Of a stretch of DNA of 64,000 nucleotides, positions 25,201 through 40,000 are shown piece after piece; position 1 is the first letter of the stretch; each line of letters begins with the position of its first letter. A program made the position numbers and the translations under genes. The notes under the pieces were generated by a model. That model was not told where the DNA came from. It saw only the letters and a list, made by a program, of their open reading frames with translations, and searched no databases. The stretch is from the NCBI GenBank assembly GCA_964016885.1, contig OZ024740.1:137578001-137642000 (forward strand), in the 5' to 3' direction. This DNA is from Eledone cirrhosa (Eukaryota).

Positions 25201-28200
25201 TCTTATCACTTTTCTCTCAATCTCCAATTCTCTCTTTCTCTTATCACTTTTTCCCCAATCTCCTATTCTCTCTTTCTCTTCTCACATTTCCCCCAATCTC
25301 CAATTCTCTCTTTCTCTCATCACTTTTCTCTCCATCTCCAAGTCTCTCTTTCTCTTATCACTTTTCTATCAATCTCCAAATCTCTCTTTCTCTTCTCACT
25401 TTTATCCCAATCTCCAATTCTCTCTTTCTCTTCTCACTTTTACCCCAATCTCCAATTCTCTCTTTCTCTCATCACTTTTCTCTCAATCTCCAATTCTCTC
25501 TTTCTCTTATCACTTTTCTCTCAATCTCCAATTCTCTCTTTCTCTTATCACTTTTCCCCCATCTCCAATTCTCTCTTTCTCTTATCACTTTTCTCTCAAT
25601 CTCCAATTCTCTCTTTCCCTTATCACTTTTCTCTCAATCTCCAATTCTCTCTTTCTCAAATAACTTTTCTCTCAATCTCCTATTCTCTCTTTCTCTTATC
25701 ACTTTTCTCTCAATCTCCAATTCCCTCTTTCTCTTATCACTTTTCTCTCAATCTCTAATTATCTCTTTCTCTTGTCACTTTTCTCTCAATCTCCAATTCT
25801 CTCTTTCTCTTATCACTTTTCTCTCAATCTCCAATTCTCTATTTCTCTTATGATGTTTCCCCCAATCCCCAATTCTCTCTTTCTATTATCACTTTTCCCC
25901 CCAATCTCCAATTCTCTCTTTCTCTTATCACTTTTCTCTCACTCTCCAATTCTCTCTTTCTCTTATGACTTTTCCCCCAATCTCCAATTCTCTCTTTCTC
26001 TTATCCCTTTTCTCTCAATCTCCAATTCTCTCTTTCTTTTCTCGCTTTTCCCCCAACCTCCAATTCTCTCTTTCTCTTCACACTTTTCCCCCAATCTCCA
26101 ATTCTCTCTTTCTCTTATCACTTTTCCCCCAATCTCTAATTCTCTCTTTCTCTTATCCCTTTTCTCTCAATCTCCAATTCTCTCTTTCTTTTCTCACTTT
26201 TCCCCCAATCTCCAATTCTCTATTTCTCTACACACAAATCCCCTAATCTCCAATTCTCTCTTTCACTTATCAATTTTCTCTCAATCTCCAATTCCCTCTT
26301 TCTTTTATAATTTTCTCTCAATTTCTAATTCTCTCTTTCTCTCATCACTTTTCCCCCAATCTCCAATTCTCTCTTTCTCTTATCACTTTTCTCTCAATCT
26401 CCAATTCTCTCTTTCTCTTGTTACTTTTCCCCCAATCTCCAATTCTCTCTTTCTCTCATCACTTTTTCCCCAATCTCCAATTCTCTCTTTCTCTTCTCAC
26501 ATTTCCCCCAATCTCCAATTCTCTCTTTCTCTTATCACTTTTCTCTCAATCTCTAATTCTCTCTTTCTCTTATCACTTTTCTCTCAATCTCCAATTCTCT
26601 CTTTCTCTTATCACTTTTCCCCCAATCTCCAATTCTCTCTTTCTCTTATCACTTTTCTCTCAATCTCCAATTCTCTCTTTCTCTTATCACTTTTCCCCCA
26701 ATCTCCAATTCTCTCTTTCTCTTATCACTTTTCTCTCACTCTCCAATTCTCTCTTTTTCTTATGAATTTTCCCCCAATCTCCAATTCTCTCTTTCTCTTA
26801 TCAATTTTCTCTCAATCTCCAATTCTTTCTTTCTCTAATCACTTTTCCCCCAATCTCCAATTCTCTCTTTCTCTTATCACTTTTCTCTCCATCTCCAATT
26901 CTCCTTTTCACTTATCACTTTTTTCTCAATCTCCAATTCTCTCTTTCTCTTATCACTTTTCTCTCAATCTCCAATTCTCTCTTTCTCTTATCACTTTTCC
27001 CCCAATCTCCAATTCTCTCTTTCTCTCATCACTTTTCTCTCAATCTCCAATTCTCTCTTTCTCTTATCACTTTTCCCTCAATCTCCAATTCTCTCTTTCT
27101 CTTATCACTTTTTCCCCAATCTCCAATTCTCTCTTTCTCTTCTCACATTTCCCCCAATCTCCAATTCTCTCTTTCTCTCATCACTTTTCTCTCAATCTCC
27201 AATTCTCTCTTTCTTTTCTCACTTTTCCCCCAATTTCCAATTCTCTATTTCTCTACACACAAATCCCCTAATCTCCAATTCTCTCTTTCACTTATGAATT
27301 TTCTCTCAAACTCCAATTCTCTCTTTCTCTTATCACTTTTCTCTCAATCTCCAATTCCCTCTTTCTCTTATCACTTTTCTCTCAATCTCTAATTCTCTCT
27401 TTCTCTTATCACTTTTCTCTCAATCTCCAATTCTCTCTTTCTCTTATCACTTTTCCCCCAATCTCCAATTCTCTCTTTCTCTTATCACTTTTCTCTCAAT
27501 CTCCAATTCTCTCTTTCTCTTATCACTTTTCCCCCAATCTCCAATTCTCTCTTTCTCTTATCACTTTTCTCTCACTCTCCAATTCTCTCTTTTTCTTATG
27601 ACTTTTCCCCCAATCTCCAATTCTCTCTTTCTCTTATCAATTTTCTCTCAATCTCCAATTCTTTCTTTCTCTAATCACTTTTCCCCCAATCTCCAATTCT
27701 CTCTTTCTCTTATCACTTTTCTCTCAATCTCCAATTCTCCTTTTCACTTATCACTTTTTTCTCAATCTCCAATTCTCTCTTTCTCTTATCACTTTTCTCT
27801 CAATCTCCAATTCTCTCTTTCTCTTATCACTTTTCCCCCAATCTCCAATTCTCTCTTTCTCTTATCACTTTTCTCTCAATCTCCAATTCTCTCTTTCTCT
27901 TATCACTTTTCCCCCAATCTCCAATTCTCTCTTTCTCTTATCACTTTTCTCTCACTCTCCAATTCTCTCTTTTTCTTATGACTTTTCCCCCAATCTCCAA
28001 TTCTCTCTTTCTCTTATCAATTTTCTCTCAATCTCCAATTCTTTCTTTCTCTAATCACTTTTCCCCCAATCTCCAATTCTCTGTTTCTCTTATCACTTTT
28101 CTCTCAATCTCCAATTCTCCTTTTCACTTTTCACTTTTTTCTCAATCTCCAATTCTCTCTTTCTCTTATCACTTTTCTCTCAATCTCCAATTCTCTCTTT

Positions 28201-31200
28201 CTCTTATCACTTTTCCCCCAATCTCCAATTCTCTCTTTCTCTCATCACTTTTCTCTCAATCTCCAATTCTCTCTTTCTCTTATCACTTTTCTCTCAATCT
28301 CCAATTCTCTCTTTCTCTTATCACTTTTCCCCCAATCTCCAATTCTCTCTTTCTCTTATCACTTTTCTCTCACTCTCCAATTCTCTCTTTCTCTTATGAC
28401 TTTTCCCCCAATCTCCAATTCTCTCTTTCTCTTATCAATTTTCTCTCAATCTCCAATTCTTTCTTTCTCTAATCACTTATCCCCCAATCTCCAATTCTCT
28501 CTTTCTCTTATCACTTTTCTCTCAATCTCCAATTCTCCTTTTCACTTATCACTTTTCTCTCAATCTCCAATTCTCTCTTTCTCTTATCACTTTTCTCTCA
28601 ACTCCAATTCTCTCTTTCTCTTATCACTTTTCCCCCAATCTCCAATTCTCTCTTTCTCTCATCACTTTTCTCTCAATCTCCAATTCTCTCTTTCTCTTAT
28701 CACTTTTCTCTCAATCTCCAATTCTCTCTATCTCTCATCACTTTTTCCCCAATCTCCAATTCTCTCTTTCTCTTCTCACATTTCCCCCAATCTCCAATTC
28801 TCTCTTTCTTTCATCACTTTTCTCTCAATCTCCAATTCTCTCTTTCTCTCCTCACTTTTCTCTCAAACTCCAATTCTCTCTTTCTCTTATCACTTTTCTC
28901 TCAATCTCCAATTCCCTCTTTCTCTTATCACTTTTCTCTCAATCTCTAATTCTCTCTTTCTCTTATCACTTTTCTCTCAATCTCCAATTCTCTCTTTCTC
29001 TTATCACTTTTCCCCCAATCTCCAATTCTCTCTTTCTCTTATCACTTTTCTCTCAATCTCCAATTCTCTCTTTCTCTTATCACTTTTCCCCCAATCTCCA
29101 ATTCTCTCTTTCTCTTATCACTTTTCTCTCACTCTCCAATTCTCTCTTTTTCTTATGAATTTTCCCCCAATCTCCAATTCTCTCTTTCTCTTATCAATTT
29201 TCTCTCAATCTCCAATTCTTTCTTTCTCTAATCACTTTTCCCCCAATCTCCAATTCTCTCTTTCTCTTATCACTTTTCTCTCAATCTCCAATTCTCCTTT
29301 TCACTTATCACTTTTTTCTCAATCTCCAATTCTCTCTTTCTCTTATCACTTTTCTCTCAATCTCCAATTCTCTCTTTCTCTTATCACTTTTCCCCCAATC
29401 TCCAATTCTCTCTTTCTCTCATCACTTTTCTCTCAATCTCCAATTCTCTCTTTCTCTTATCACTTTTCCCTCAATCTCCAATTCTCTCTTTCTCTTATCA
29501 CTTTTTCCCCAATCTCCAATTCTCTCTTTCTCTTCTCACATTTCCCCCAATCTCCAATTCTCTCTTTCTCTCATCACTTTTCTCTCAATCTCCAATTCTC
29601 TCTTTCTTTTCTCACTTTTCCCCCAATTTCCAATTCTCTATTTCTCTACACACAAATCCCCTAATCTCCAATTCTCTCTTTCACTTATGAATTTTCTCTC
29701 AAACTCCAATTCTCTCTTTCTCTTATCACTTTTCTCTCAATCTCCAATTCCCTCTTTCTCTTATCACTTTTCTCTCAATCTCTAATTCTCTCTTTCTCTT
29801 ATCACTTTTCTCTCAATCTCCAATTCTCTCTTTCTCTTATCACTTTTCCCCCAATCTCCAATTCTCTCTTTCTCTTATCACTTTTCTCTCAATCTCCAAT
29901 TCTCTCTTTCTCTTATCACTTTTCCCCCAATCTCCAATTCTCTCTTTCTCTTATCACTTTTCTCTCACTCTCCAATTCTCTCTTTTTCTTATGACTTTTC
30001 CCCCAATCTCCAATTCTCTCTTTCTCTTATCAATTTTCTCTCAATCTCCAATTCTTTCTTTCTCTAATCACTTTTCCCCCAATCTCCAATTCTCTCTTTC
30101 TCTTATCACTTTTCTCTCAATCTCCAATTCTCCTTTTCACTTATCACTTTTTTCTCAATCTCCAATTCTCTCTTTCTCTTATCACTTTTCTCTCAATCTC
30201 CAATTCTCTCTTTCTCTTATCACTTTTCCCCCAATCTCCAATTCTCTCTTTCTCTCATCACTTTTCTCTCAATCTCCAATTCTCTCTTTCTCTTATCACT
30301 TTTCTCTCAATCTCCAATTCTCTCTTTCTCTTATCACTTTTTCCCCAATCTCCTATTCTCTCTTTCTCTTCTCACATTTCCCCCAATCTCCAATTCTCTC
30401 TTTCTCTCATCACTTTTCTCTCCATCTCCAAGTCTCTCTTTCTCTTATCACTTTTCTATCAATCTCCAAATCTCTCTTTCTCTTCTCACTTTTATCCCAA
30501 TCTCCAATTCTCTCTTTCTCTTCTCACTTTTACCCCAATCTCCAATTCTCTCTTTCTCTCATCACTTTTCTCTCAATCTCCAATTCTCTCTTTCTCTTAT
30601 CACTTTTCTCTCAATCTCCAATTCTCTCTTTCTCTTATCACTTTTCCCCCATCTCCAATTCTCTCTTTCTCTTATCACTTTTCTCTCAATCTCCAATTCT
30701 CTCTTTCCCTTATCACTTTTCTCTCAATCTCCAATTCTCTCTTTCTCAAATAACTTTTCTCTCAATCTCCTATTCTCTCTTTCTCTTATCACTTTTCTCT
30801 CAATCTCCAATTCCCTCTTTCTCTTATCACTTTTCTCTCAATCTCTAATTATCTCTTTCTCTTGTCACTTTTCTCTCAATCTCCAATTCTCTCTTTCTCT
30901 TATCACTTTTCTCTCAATCTCCAATTCTCTATTTCTCTTATGATGTTTCCCCCAATCCCCAATTCTCTCTTTCTATTATCACTTTTCCCCCCAATCTCCA
31001 ATTCTCTCTTTCTCTTATCACTTTTCTCTCACTCTCCAATTCTCTCTTTCTCTTATGACTTTTCCGCCAATCTCCAATTCTCTCTTTCTCTTATCCCTTT
31101 TCTCTCAATCTCCAATTCTCTCTTTCTTTTCTCGCTTTTCCCCCAACCTCCAATTCTCTCTTTCTCTTCACACTTTTCCCCCAATCTCCAATTCTCTCTT

Positions 31201-31540
31201 TCTCTTATCACTTTTCCCCCAATCTCTAATTCTCTCTTTCTCTTATCCCTTTTCTCTCAATCTCCAATTCTCTCTTTCTTTTCTCACTTTTCCCCCAATC
31301 TCCAATTCTCTATTTCTCTACACACAAATCCCCTAATCTCCAATTCTCTCTTTCACTTATCAATTTTCTCTCAATCTCCAATTCCCTCTTTCTTTTATAA
31401 TTTTCTCTCAATTTCTAATTCTCTCTTTCTCTCATCACTTTTCCCCCAATCTCCAATTCTCTCTTTCTCTTATCACTTTTCTCTCAATCTCCAATTCTCT
31501 CTTTCTCTTATTACTTTTCCCCCAATCTCCAATTCTCTCT
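21440..31540. repeat. 5090-bp (134-monomer) near-identical tandem duplication, junction ~26.45-26.53 kb
   Basis: ORF pairs 22508/27598, 22888/27978, 23306/28396, 24901/29991, 25772/30862 and 25965/31055 are all offset by exactly 5090 and have almost identical translations. Confidence 0.92.
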
Positions 31541-34500
31541 TTCTCTTATCACTTTTCTCTCACTCTCCAATTCTCTATTTCTCTTATGACGTTTCCCCCA
31601 ATCCCCAATTCTCTCTTTCTCTTATCACTTTTCTCTCAATCTCCAATTCTTTCTTTCTCTAATCACTTTTCCCCCAATCTCCAATTCTCTCTCTTTCTCT
31701 TATCACTTTTCTCTCAATCTCCAATTCTCTCTTTATCTTCTCACTTTTCTCTCAATCTCCAATCCTCTCTTTCTGTTCTCAGTTTACCCCCAATCTCCAA
31801 TTCTCTCTTTCTCTTATCACTTTTCTTTTAATCTCCAATTCTCTCTTTCTCTTATCACTTTTCTCTCAATCTTCAATTCCCTCTTTCTCTTATCATTTTT
31901 CTCTCAATCTCCAATTCTCTCTTTCTCTTATCACTTTTCTCTCAATCTCCAATTCTCTCTTTCTCTTATCACTTTTCCCCCAATCTCCAATTCTCTCTTT
32001 CTCTTATCACTTTTCTCTCACACTCCAATTCTCTATTTCTCTTATCACTTTTCCCCCACCTCCAATTCTCTCTTTCTCTTATCAATTTTCTCTCAATCTC
32101 CAATTCTTTCTTTCTCTAATCACTTTTCTCCCAATCTCCAATTCTCTCTTTCTCTTATCACATTTCCCCCAATCTCCAATTCTCTCTTTCTCTTATCACT
32201 TTTCTCTCACTCTCCAATTCTCTCTTTCTTTTATCACTTTTCCCCCAATCTCCAATTCTCTCTTTCTCTTCTCACATTTCCCCCAATCTCCAATTCTCTC
32301 TTTCTCTTATCACTTTTCTCTCACACTCCAATTCTCTATTTCTCTTATCACTTTTCCCCCAATCTCCAATTCTCTCTTTCTCTTATCAATTTTCTCTCAA
32401 TCTCCAATTCTTTCTTTCTCTAATCACTTTTCTCCCAATCTCCAATTCTCTCTTTCTCTACACACAAATCCCCCAATCTCCAATATTCTCTTTCTCTTAT
32501 CACTTTTCTCTCAATCTCCAATTCTCTCTTTCTCTCCTCACTTTTCTCTGAATCTCCAATTCTCTCTTTATCGTCTCACTTTTCTCTGAATCTCCAATCC
32601 TCTCTTTCTGTTCTCAGTTTACTCCCATCTCCAATTCTCTCTTTCTCTTATCACTTTTCTCTCACTCTCCAATTCTCTATTTCTCTTATCACGTTTCCTC
32701 CAATCCCCAATTCTCTCTTTCTATTATCAATTTTCTCTCAATCTCCAATTCTTTCTTTCTCTAACACTTTTCCCCCAATCTCCAATTCTCTCTCTTTCTC
32801 TTATCACTTTTCTCTCAATCTCCAATTCTCTCTTTATCTTCTCACTTTTCTCTCAATCTCCAATCCTCTCTTTCTGTTCTCAGTTTACCCCCAATCTCCA
32901 ATTCTCTCTTTCTCTCATCACTTTTCTCTCAATCTCCAATTCTCTCTTTCTCTTATCACTTTTCCCCCCAATTTCCAATTCTCTCTTTCTCTTATCACCT
33001 TTACTCTCACTCTCCAATTCGCTCTTTCTCTTATGACTTTTCCCCCAATCTCCAATTCTCTCTTTCTCTTATCCCTTTTCTCTCAATCTCCAATTCTCTC
33101 TTTCTTTTCTCACTTTTCCCCCAATTTCCAATTCTCTATTTCTCTACACACAAATCCCCTAATCTCCAATTCTCTCTTTCACTTATGAATTTTCTCTCAA
33201 ACTCCAATTCTCTCTTTCTCTTATCACTTTTCTCTCAATCTCCAATTCTCTCAATCTCTTATCACTTTTCTCTCAATCTCCAATTCCCTCTTTCTCTTAT
33301 CACTTTTCTCTCAATCTCTAATTCTCTCTTTCTCTTATCACTTTTCTCTCAATCTCCAATTCTCTCTTTCTCTTATCACTTTTCCCCCAATCTCCAATTC
33401 TCTCTTTCTCTTATCACTTTTCTCTCAATCTCCAATTCTCTCTTTCTCTTATCACTTTTCCCCCAATCTCCAATTCTCTCTTTCTCTTATCACTTTTCTC
33501 TCACTCTCCAATTCTCTCTTTTTCTTATGACTTTTCCCCCAATCTCCAATTCTCTCTTTCTCTTATCAATTTTCTCTCAATCTCCAATTCTTTCTTTCTC
33601 TAATCACTTTTCCCCCAATCTCCAATTCTCTCTTTCTCTTATCACTTTTCTCTCAATCTCCAATTCTCCTTTTCACTTATCACTTTTTTCTCAATCTCCA
33701 ATTCTCTCTTTCTCTTATCACTTTTCTCTCAATCTCCAATTCTCTCTTTCTCTTATCACTTTTCCCCCAATCTCCAATTCTCTCTTTCTCTCATCACTTT
33801 TCTCTCAATCTCCAATTCTCTCTTTCTCTTATCACTTTTCTCTCAATCTCCAATTCTCTCTTTCTCTTATCACTTTTTCCCCAATCTCCTATTCTCTCTT
33901 TCTCTTCTCACATTTCCCCCAATCTCCAATTCTCTCTTTCTCTCATCACTTTTCTCTCCATCTCCAAGTCTCTCTTTCTCTTATCACTTTTCTATCAATC
34001 TCCAAATCTCTCTTTCTCTTCTCACTTTTATCCCAATCTCCAATTCTCTCTTTCTCTTCTCACTTTTACCCCAATCTCCAATTCTCTCTTTCTCTCATCA
34101 CTTTTCTCTCAATCTCCAATTCTCTCTTTCTCTTATCACTTTTCTCTCAATCTCCAATTCTCTCTTTCTCTTATCACTTTTCCCCCATCTCCAATTCTCT
34201 CTTTCTCTTATCACTTTTCTCTCAATCTCCAATTCTCTCTTTCCCTTATCACTTTTCTCTCAATCTCCAATTCTCTCTTTCTCAAATAACTTTTCTCTCA
34301 ATCTCCTATTCTCTCTTTCTCTTATCACTTTTCTCTCAATCTCCAATTCCCTCTTTCTCTTATCACTTTTCTCTCAATCTCTAATTATCTCTTTCTCTTG
34401 TCACTTTTCTCTCAATCTCCAATTCTCTCTTTCTCTTATCACTTTTCTCTCAATCTCCAATTCTCTATTTCTCTTATGATGTTTCCCCCAATCCCCAATT

Positions 34501-37090
34501 CTCTCTTTCTATTATCACTTTTCCCCCCAATCTCCAATTCTCTCTTTCTCTTATCACTTTTCTCTCACTCTCCAATTCTCTCTTTCTCTTATGACTTTTC
34601 CGCCAATCTCCAATTCTCTCTTTCTCTTATCCCTTTTCTCTCAATCTCCAATTCTCTCTTTCTTTTCTCGCTTTTCCCCCAACCTCCAATTCTCTCTTTC
34701 TCTTCACACTTTTCCCCCAATCTCCAATTCTCTCTTTCTCTTATCACTTTTCCCCCAATCTCTAATTCTCTCTTTCTCTTATCCCTTTTCTCTCAATCTC
34801 CAATTCTCTCTTTCTTTTCTCACTTTTCCCCCAATCTCCAATTCTCTATTTCTCTACACACAAATCCCCTAATCTCCAATTCTCTCTTTCACTTATCAAT
34901 TTTCTCTCAATCTCCAATTCCCTCTTTCTTTTATAATTTTCTCTCAATTTCTAATTCTCTCTTTCTCTCATCACTTTTCCCCCAATCTCCAATTCTCTCT
35001 TTCTCTTATCACTTTTCTCTCAATCTCCAATTCTCTCTTTCTCTTATTACTTTTCCCCCAATCTCCAATTCTCTCTTTCTCTTATCACTTTTCTCTCACT
35101 CTCCAATTCTCTATTTCTCTTATGACGTTTCCCCCAATCCCCAATTCTCTCTTTCTCTTATCACTTTTCTCTCAATCTCCAATTCTTTCTTTCTCTAATC
35201 ACTTTTCCCCCAATCTCCAATTCTCTCTCTTTCTCTTATCACTTTTCTCTCAATCTCCAATTCTCTCTTTATCTTCTCACTTTTCTCTCAATCTCCAATC
35301 CTCTCTTTCTGTTCTCAGTTTACCCCCAATCTCCAATTCTCTCTTTCTCTTATCACTTTTCTTTTAATCTCCAATTCTCTCTTTCTCTTATCACTTTTCT
35401 CTCAATCTTCAATTCCCTCTTTCTCTTATCATTTTTCTCTCAATCTCCAATTCTCTCTTTCTCTTATCACTTTTCTCTCAATCTCCAATTCTCTCTTTCT
35501 CTTATCACTTTTCCCCCAATCTCCAATTCTCTCTTTCTCTTATCACTTTTCTCTCACACTCCAATTCTCTATTTCTCTTATCACTTTTCCCCCACCTCCA
35601 ATTCTCTCTTTCTCTTATCAATTTTCTCTCAATCTCCAATTCTTTCTTTCTCTAATCACTTTTCTCCCAATCTCCAATTCTCTCTTTCTCTTATCACATT
35701 TCCCCCAATCTCCAATTCTCTCTTTCTCTTATCACTTTTCTCTCACTCTCCAATTCTCTCTTTCTTTTATCACTTTTCCCCCAATCTCCAATTCTCTCTT
35801 TCTCTTCTCACATTTCCCCCAATCTCCAATTCTCTCTTTCTCTTATCACTTTTCTCTCACACTCCAATTCTCTATTTCTCTTATCACTTTTCCCCCAATC
35901 TCCAATTCTCTCTTTCTCTTATCAATTTTCTCTCAATCTCCAATTCTTTCTTTCTCTAATCACTTTTCTCCCAATCTCCAATTCTCTCTTTCTCTACACA
36001 CAAATCCCCCAATCTCCAATATTCTCTTTCTCTTATCACTTTTCTCTCAATCTCCAATTCTCTCTTTCTCTCCTCACTTTTCTCTGAATCTCCAATTCTC
36101 TCTTTATCGTCTCACTTTTCTCTGAATCTCCAATCCTCTCTTTCTGTTCTCAGTTTACTCCCATCTCCAATTCTCTCTTTCTCTTATCACTTTTCTCTCA
36201 CTCTCCAATTCTCTATTTCTCTTATCACGTTTCCTCCAATCCCCAATTCTCTCTTTCTATTATCAATTTTCTCTCAATCTCCAATTCTTTCTTTCTCTAA
36301 CACTTTTCCCCCAATCTCCAATTCTCTCTCTTTCTCTTATCACTTTTCTCTCAATCTCCAATTCTCTCTTTATCTTCTCACTTTTCTCTCAATCTCCAAT
36401 CCTCTCTTTCTGTTCTCAGTTTACCCCCAATCTCCAATTCTCTCTTTCTCTCATCACTTTTCTCTCAATCTCCAATTCTCTCTTTCTCTTATCACTTTTC
36501 CCCCCAATTTCCAATTCTCTCTTTCTCTTATCACCTTTACTCTCACTCTCCAATTCGCTCTTTCTCTTATGACTTTTCCCCCAATCTCCAATTCTCTCTT
36601 TCTCTTATCCCTTTTCTCTCAATCTCCAATTCTCTCTTTCTTTTCTCACTTTTCCCCCAATTTCCAATTCTCTATTTCTCTACACACAAATCCCCTAATC
36701 TCCAATTCTCTCTTTCACTTATGAATTTTCTCTCAAACTCCAATTCTCTCTTTCTCTTATCACTTTTCTCTCAATCTCCAATTCTCTCAATCTCTTATCA
36801 CTTTTCTCTCAATCTCCAATTCCCTCTTTCTCTTATCACTTTTCTCTCAATCTCTAATTCTCTCTTTCTCTTATCACTTTTCTCTCAATCTCCAATTCTC
36901 TCTTTCTCTTATCACTTTTCCCCCAATCTCCAATTCTCTCTTTCTCTTATCACTTTTCTCTCAATCTCCAATTCTCTCTTTCTCTTATCACTTTTCCCCC
37001 AATCTCCAATTCTCTCTTTCTCTTATCACTTTTCTCTCACTCTCCAATTCTCTCTTTTTCTTATGACTTTTCCCCCAATCTCCAATTCTC
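29730..37090. repeat. 3536-bp (93-monomer) near-identical tandem duplication
   Basis: ORF pairs 30862/34398, 31055/34591, 31586/35122 and 33185/36721 are offset by 3536. Rare variants are shared: TTTTCCGCCAATC (~31064/34600) and ACACACAAATCCCCC (32460/35996). Confidence 0.92.
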
Positions 37091-40000
37091 TCTTTCTCTT
37101 ATCACTTTTCTCTCAATCTCCAATTCTCCTTTTCACTTATCACTTTTTTCTCAATCTCCAATTCTCTCTTTCTCTTATCACTTTTCCCCCAATCTCCAAT
37201 TCTCTCTTTCTCTCATCACTTTTCTCTCAATCTCCAATTCTCTCTTTCTCTTATCACTTTTCTCTCAATCTCCAATTCTCTCTTTCTCTTATCACTTTTT
37301 CCCCAATCTCCAATTCTCTCTTTCTCTTCTCACATTTCCCCCAATCTCCAATTCTCTCTTTCTCTCATCACTTTTCTCTCAATCTCCAATTCTCTCTTTC
37401 TCTCCTCACTTTTCTCTGAATCTCCAATTCTCTCTTTATCTTCTCACTTTTCTCTCAATCTCCAATCCTCTCTTTCTGTTCTCAGTTTACTCCCAATCTC
37501 CATTTCTCTCTTTCTCTTATCACTTTTCTCTCAAACTCCAATTCTCTCTTTCTCTTATCACTTTTCCCCCAATCTCCAATTCTCTCTTTCTATTATCACT
37601 TTTCTCTCAATCTCCAATTCTCTCTTTCTCTTATCACCTTTCCCCCAATCTCCAATTCTCTCTTTCTCTTATCACTTTTCTCTCAATCTCCAATTCTCTC
37701 TTTCTCTTATCACTTTTCCCCCAATCTCCAATTCTCTCTTTCTGTTATCAATTTTCTCTCAATCTCCAATTCTTTCTTTCTCTTATCACTTTTCTCTCAA
37801 TCTCCAATTCTCTCTTTCACTTATCACTTTTCCCCCAATCTCCAATTCTCTCTTTCTATTATCAGTTTTCTCTCAATCTCCAATTCTCTCTTTCTCTCAT
37901 CACTTTTCTCTCCATCTCCAAGTCTCTCTTTCTCTTATCACTTTTCTATCAATCTCCAAATCTCTCTTTCTCTTCTCACTTTTCTCCCAATCTCCAATTC
38001 TCTCTTTCTCTTCTCACTTTTACCCCAATCTCCAATTCTCTCTTTCTCTCATCACTTTTCTCTCAATCTCCAATTCTCTCTTTCTCTTATCACTTTTCTC
38101 TCAATCTCCAATTCTCTCTTTCTCTTATCACTTTTCCCCCATCTCCAATTCTCTCTTTCTCTTATCACTTTTCTCTCAATCTCCAATTCTCTCTTTCCCT
38201 TATCACTTTTCTATCAATCTCCAATTCTCTCTTTCTCAAATAACTTTTCTCTCAATCTCCTATTCTCTCTTTCTCTTATCACTTTTCTCTCAATCTCCAA
38301 TTCCCTCTTTCTCTTATCACTTTTCTCTCAATCTCCAATTCTCTATTTCTCTTATGACGTTTCCCCCAATCCCCAATTCTCTCTTTCTATTATCACTTTT
38401 CCCCCAATCTCCAATTCTCTCTTTCTCTTATCACTTTTCTCTCACTCTCCAATTCTCTCTTTCTCTTATGACTTTTCCCCCAATCTCCAATTCTCTCTTT
38501 CTCTTATCCCTTTTCTCTCAATCTCCAATTCTCTCTTTCTTTTCTCGCTTTTCCCCCAACCTCCAATTCTCTCTTTCTCTTCACACTTTTCCCCCAATCT
38601 CCAATTCTCTCTTTCTCTTATCACTTTTCCCCCAATCTCTAATTCTCACTTTCTCTTATCCCTTTTCTCTCAATCTCCAATTCTCTCTTTCTTTTCTCAC
38701 TTTTCCCCCAATCTCCAATTCTCTATTTCTCTACACACAAATCCCCTAATCTCCAATTCTCTCTTTCACTTATCAATTTTCTCTCAATCTCCAAATCTCT
38801 CTTAGTCTTATCACTTTTCTCTCAATCTCCAATTCTCTCAATCTCTTATCAATTTTCTCTCAATCTCCAATTCTCTCTTTCACTTATGAATTTTCTCTCA
38901 AACTCCAATTCTCTCTTTCTCTTATCACTTTTCTCTCAATCTCCAATTCCCTCTTTCTCTTATCACTTTTCTCTCAATCTCTAATTCTCTCTTTCTCTTA
39001 TCACTTTTCTCTCAATCTCCAATTCTCTCTTTCTCTTATCACTTTTCCCCCAATCTCCAATTCTCTCTTTCTCTTATCACTTTTCTCTCAATCTCCAATT
39101 CTCTCTTTCTCTTATCACTTTTCCCCCAATCTCCAATTCTCTCTTTCTCTTATCACTTTTCTCTCACTCTCCAATTCTCTCTTTTTCTTATGACTTTTCC
39201 CCCAATCTCCAATTCTCTCTTTCTCTCATCAATTTTCTCTCAATCTCCAATTCTTTCTTTCTCTAATCACTTTTCCCCCAATCTCCAATTCTCTCTTTCT
39301 CTTATCACTTTTCTCTCAATCTCCAATTCTCCTTTTCACTTATCACTTTTTTCTCAATCTCCAATTCTCTCTTTCTCTTATCACTTTTCTCTCAATCTCC
39401 AATTCTCTCTTTCTCTTATCACTTTTCCCCCAATCTCCAATTCTCTCTTTCTCTCATCACTTTTCTCTCAATCTCCAATTCTCTCTTTCTCTTATCACTT
39501 TTCTCTCAATCTCCAATTCTCTCTTTCTCTTATCACTTTTTCCCCAATCTCCAATTCTCTCTTTCTCTTCTCACATTTCCCCCAATCTCCAATTCTCTCT
39601 TTCTCTCATCACTTTTCTCTCAATCTCCAATTCTCTCTTTCTCTCCTAACTTTTCTCTGAATCTCCAATTCTCTCTTTATCTTCTCACTTTTCTCTCAAT
39701 CTCCAATCCTCTCTTTCTGTTCTCAGTTTACTCCCAATCTCCAATTCTCTCTTTCTCTTATCACTTTTCTCTCAAACTCCAATTCTCTCTTTCTCTTATC
39801 ACTTTTCCCCCAATCTCCAATTCTCTCTTTCTATTATCACTTTTCTCTCAATCTCCAATTCTCTCTTTCTCTTATCACCTTTCCCCCAATCTCCAATTCT
39901 CTCTTTCTCTTATCACTTTTCTCTCAATCTCCAATTCTCTCTTTCTGTTATCAATTTTCTCTCAATCTCCAATTCTTTCTTTCTCTTATCACTTTTCTCT

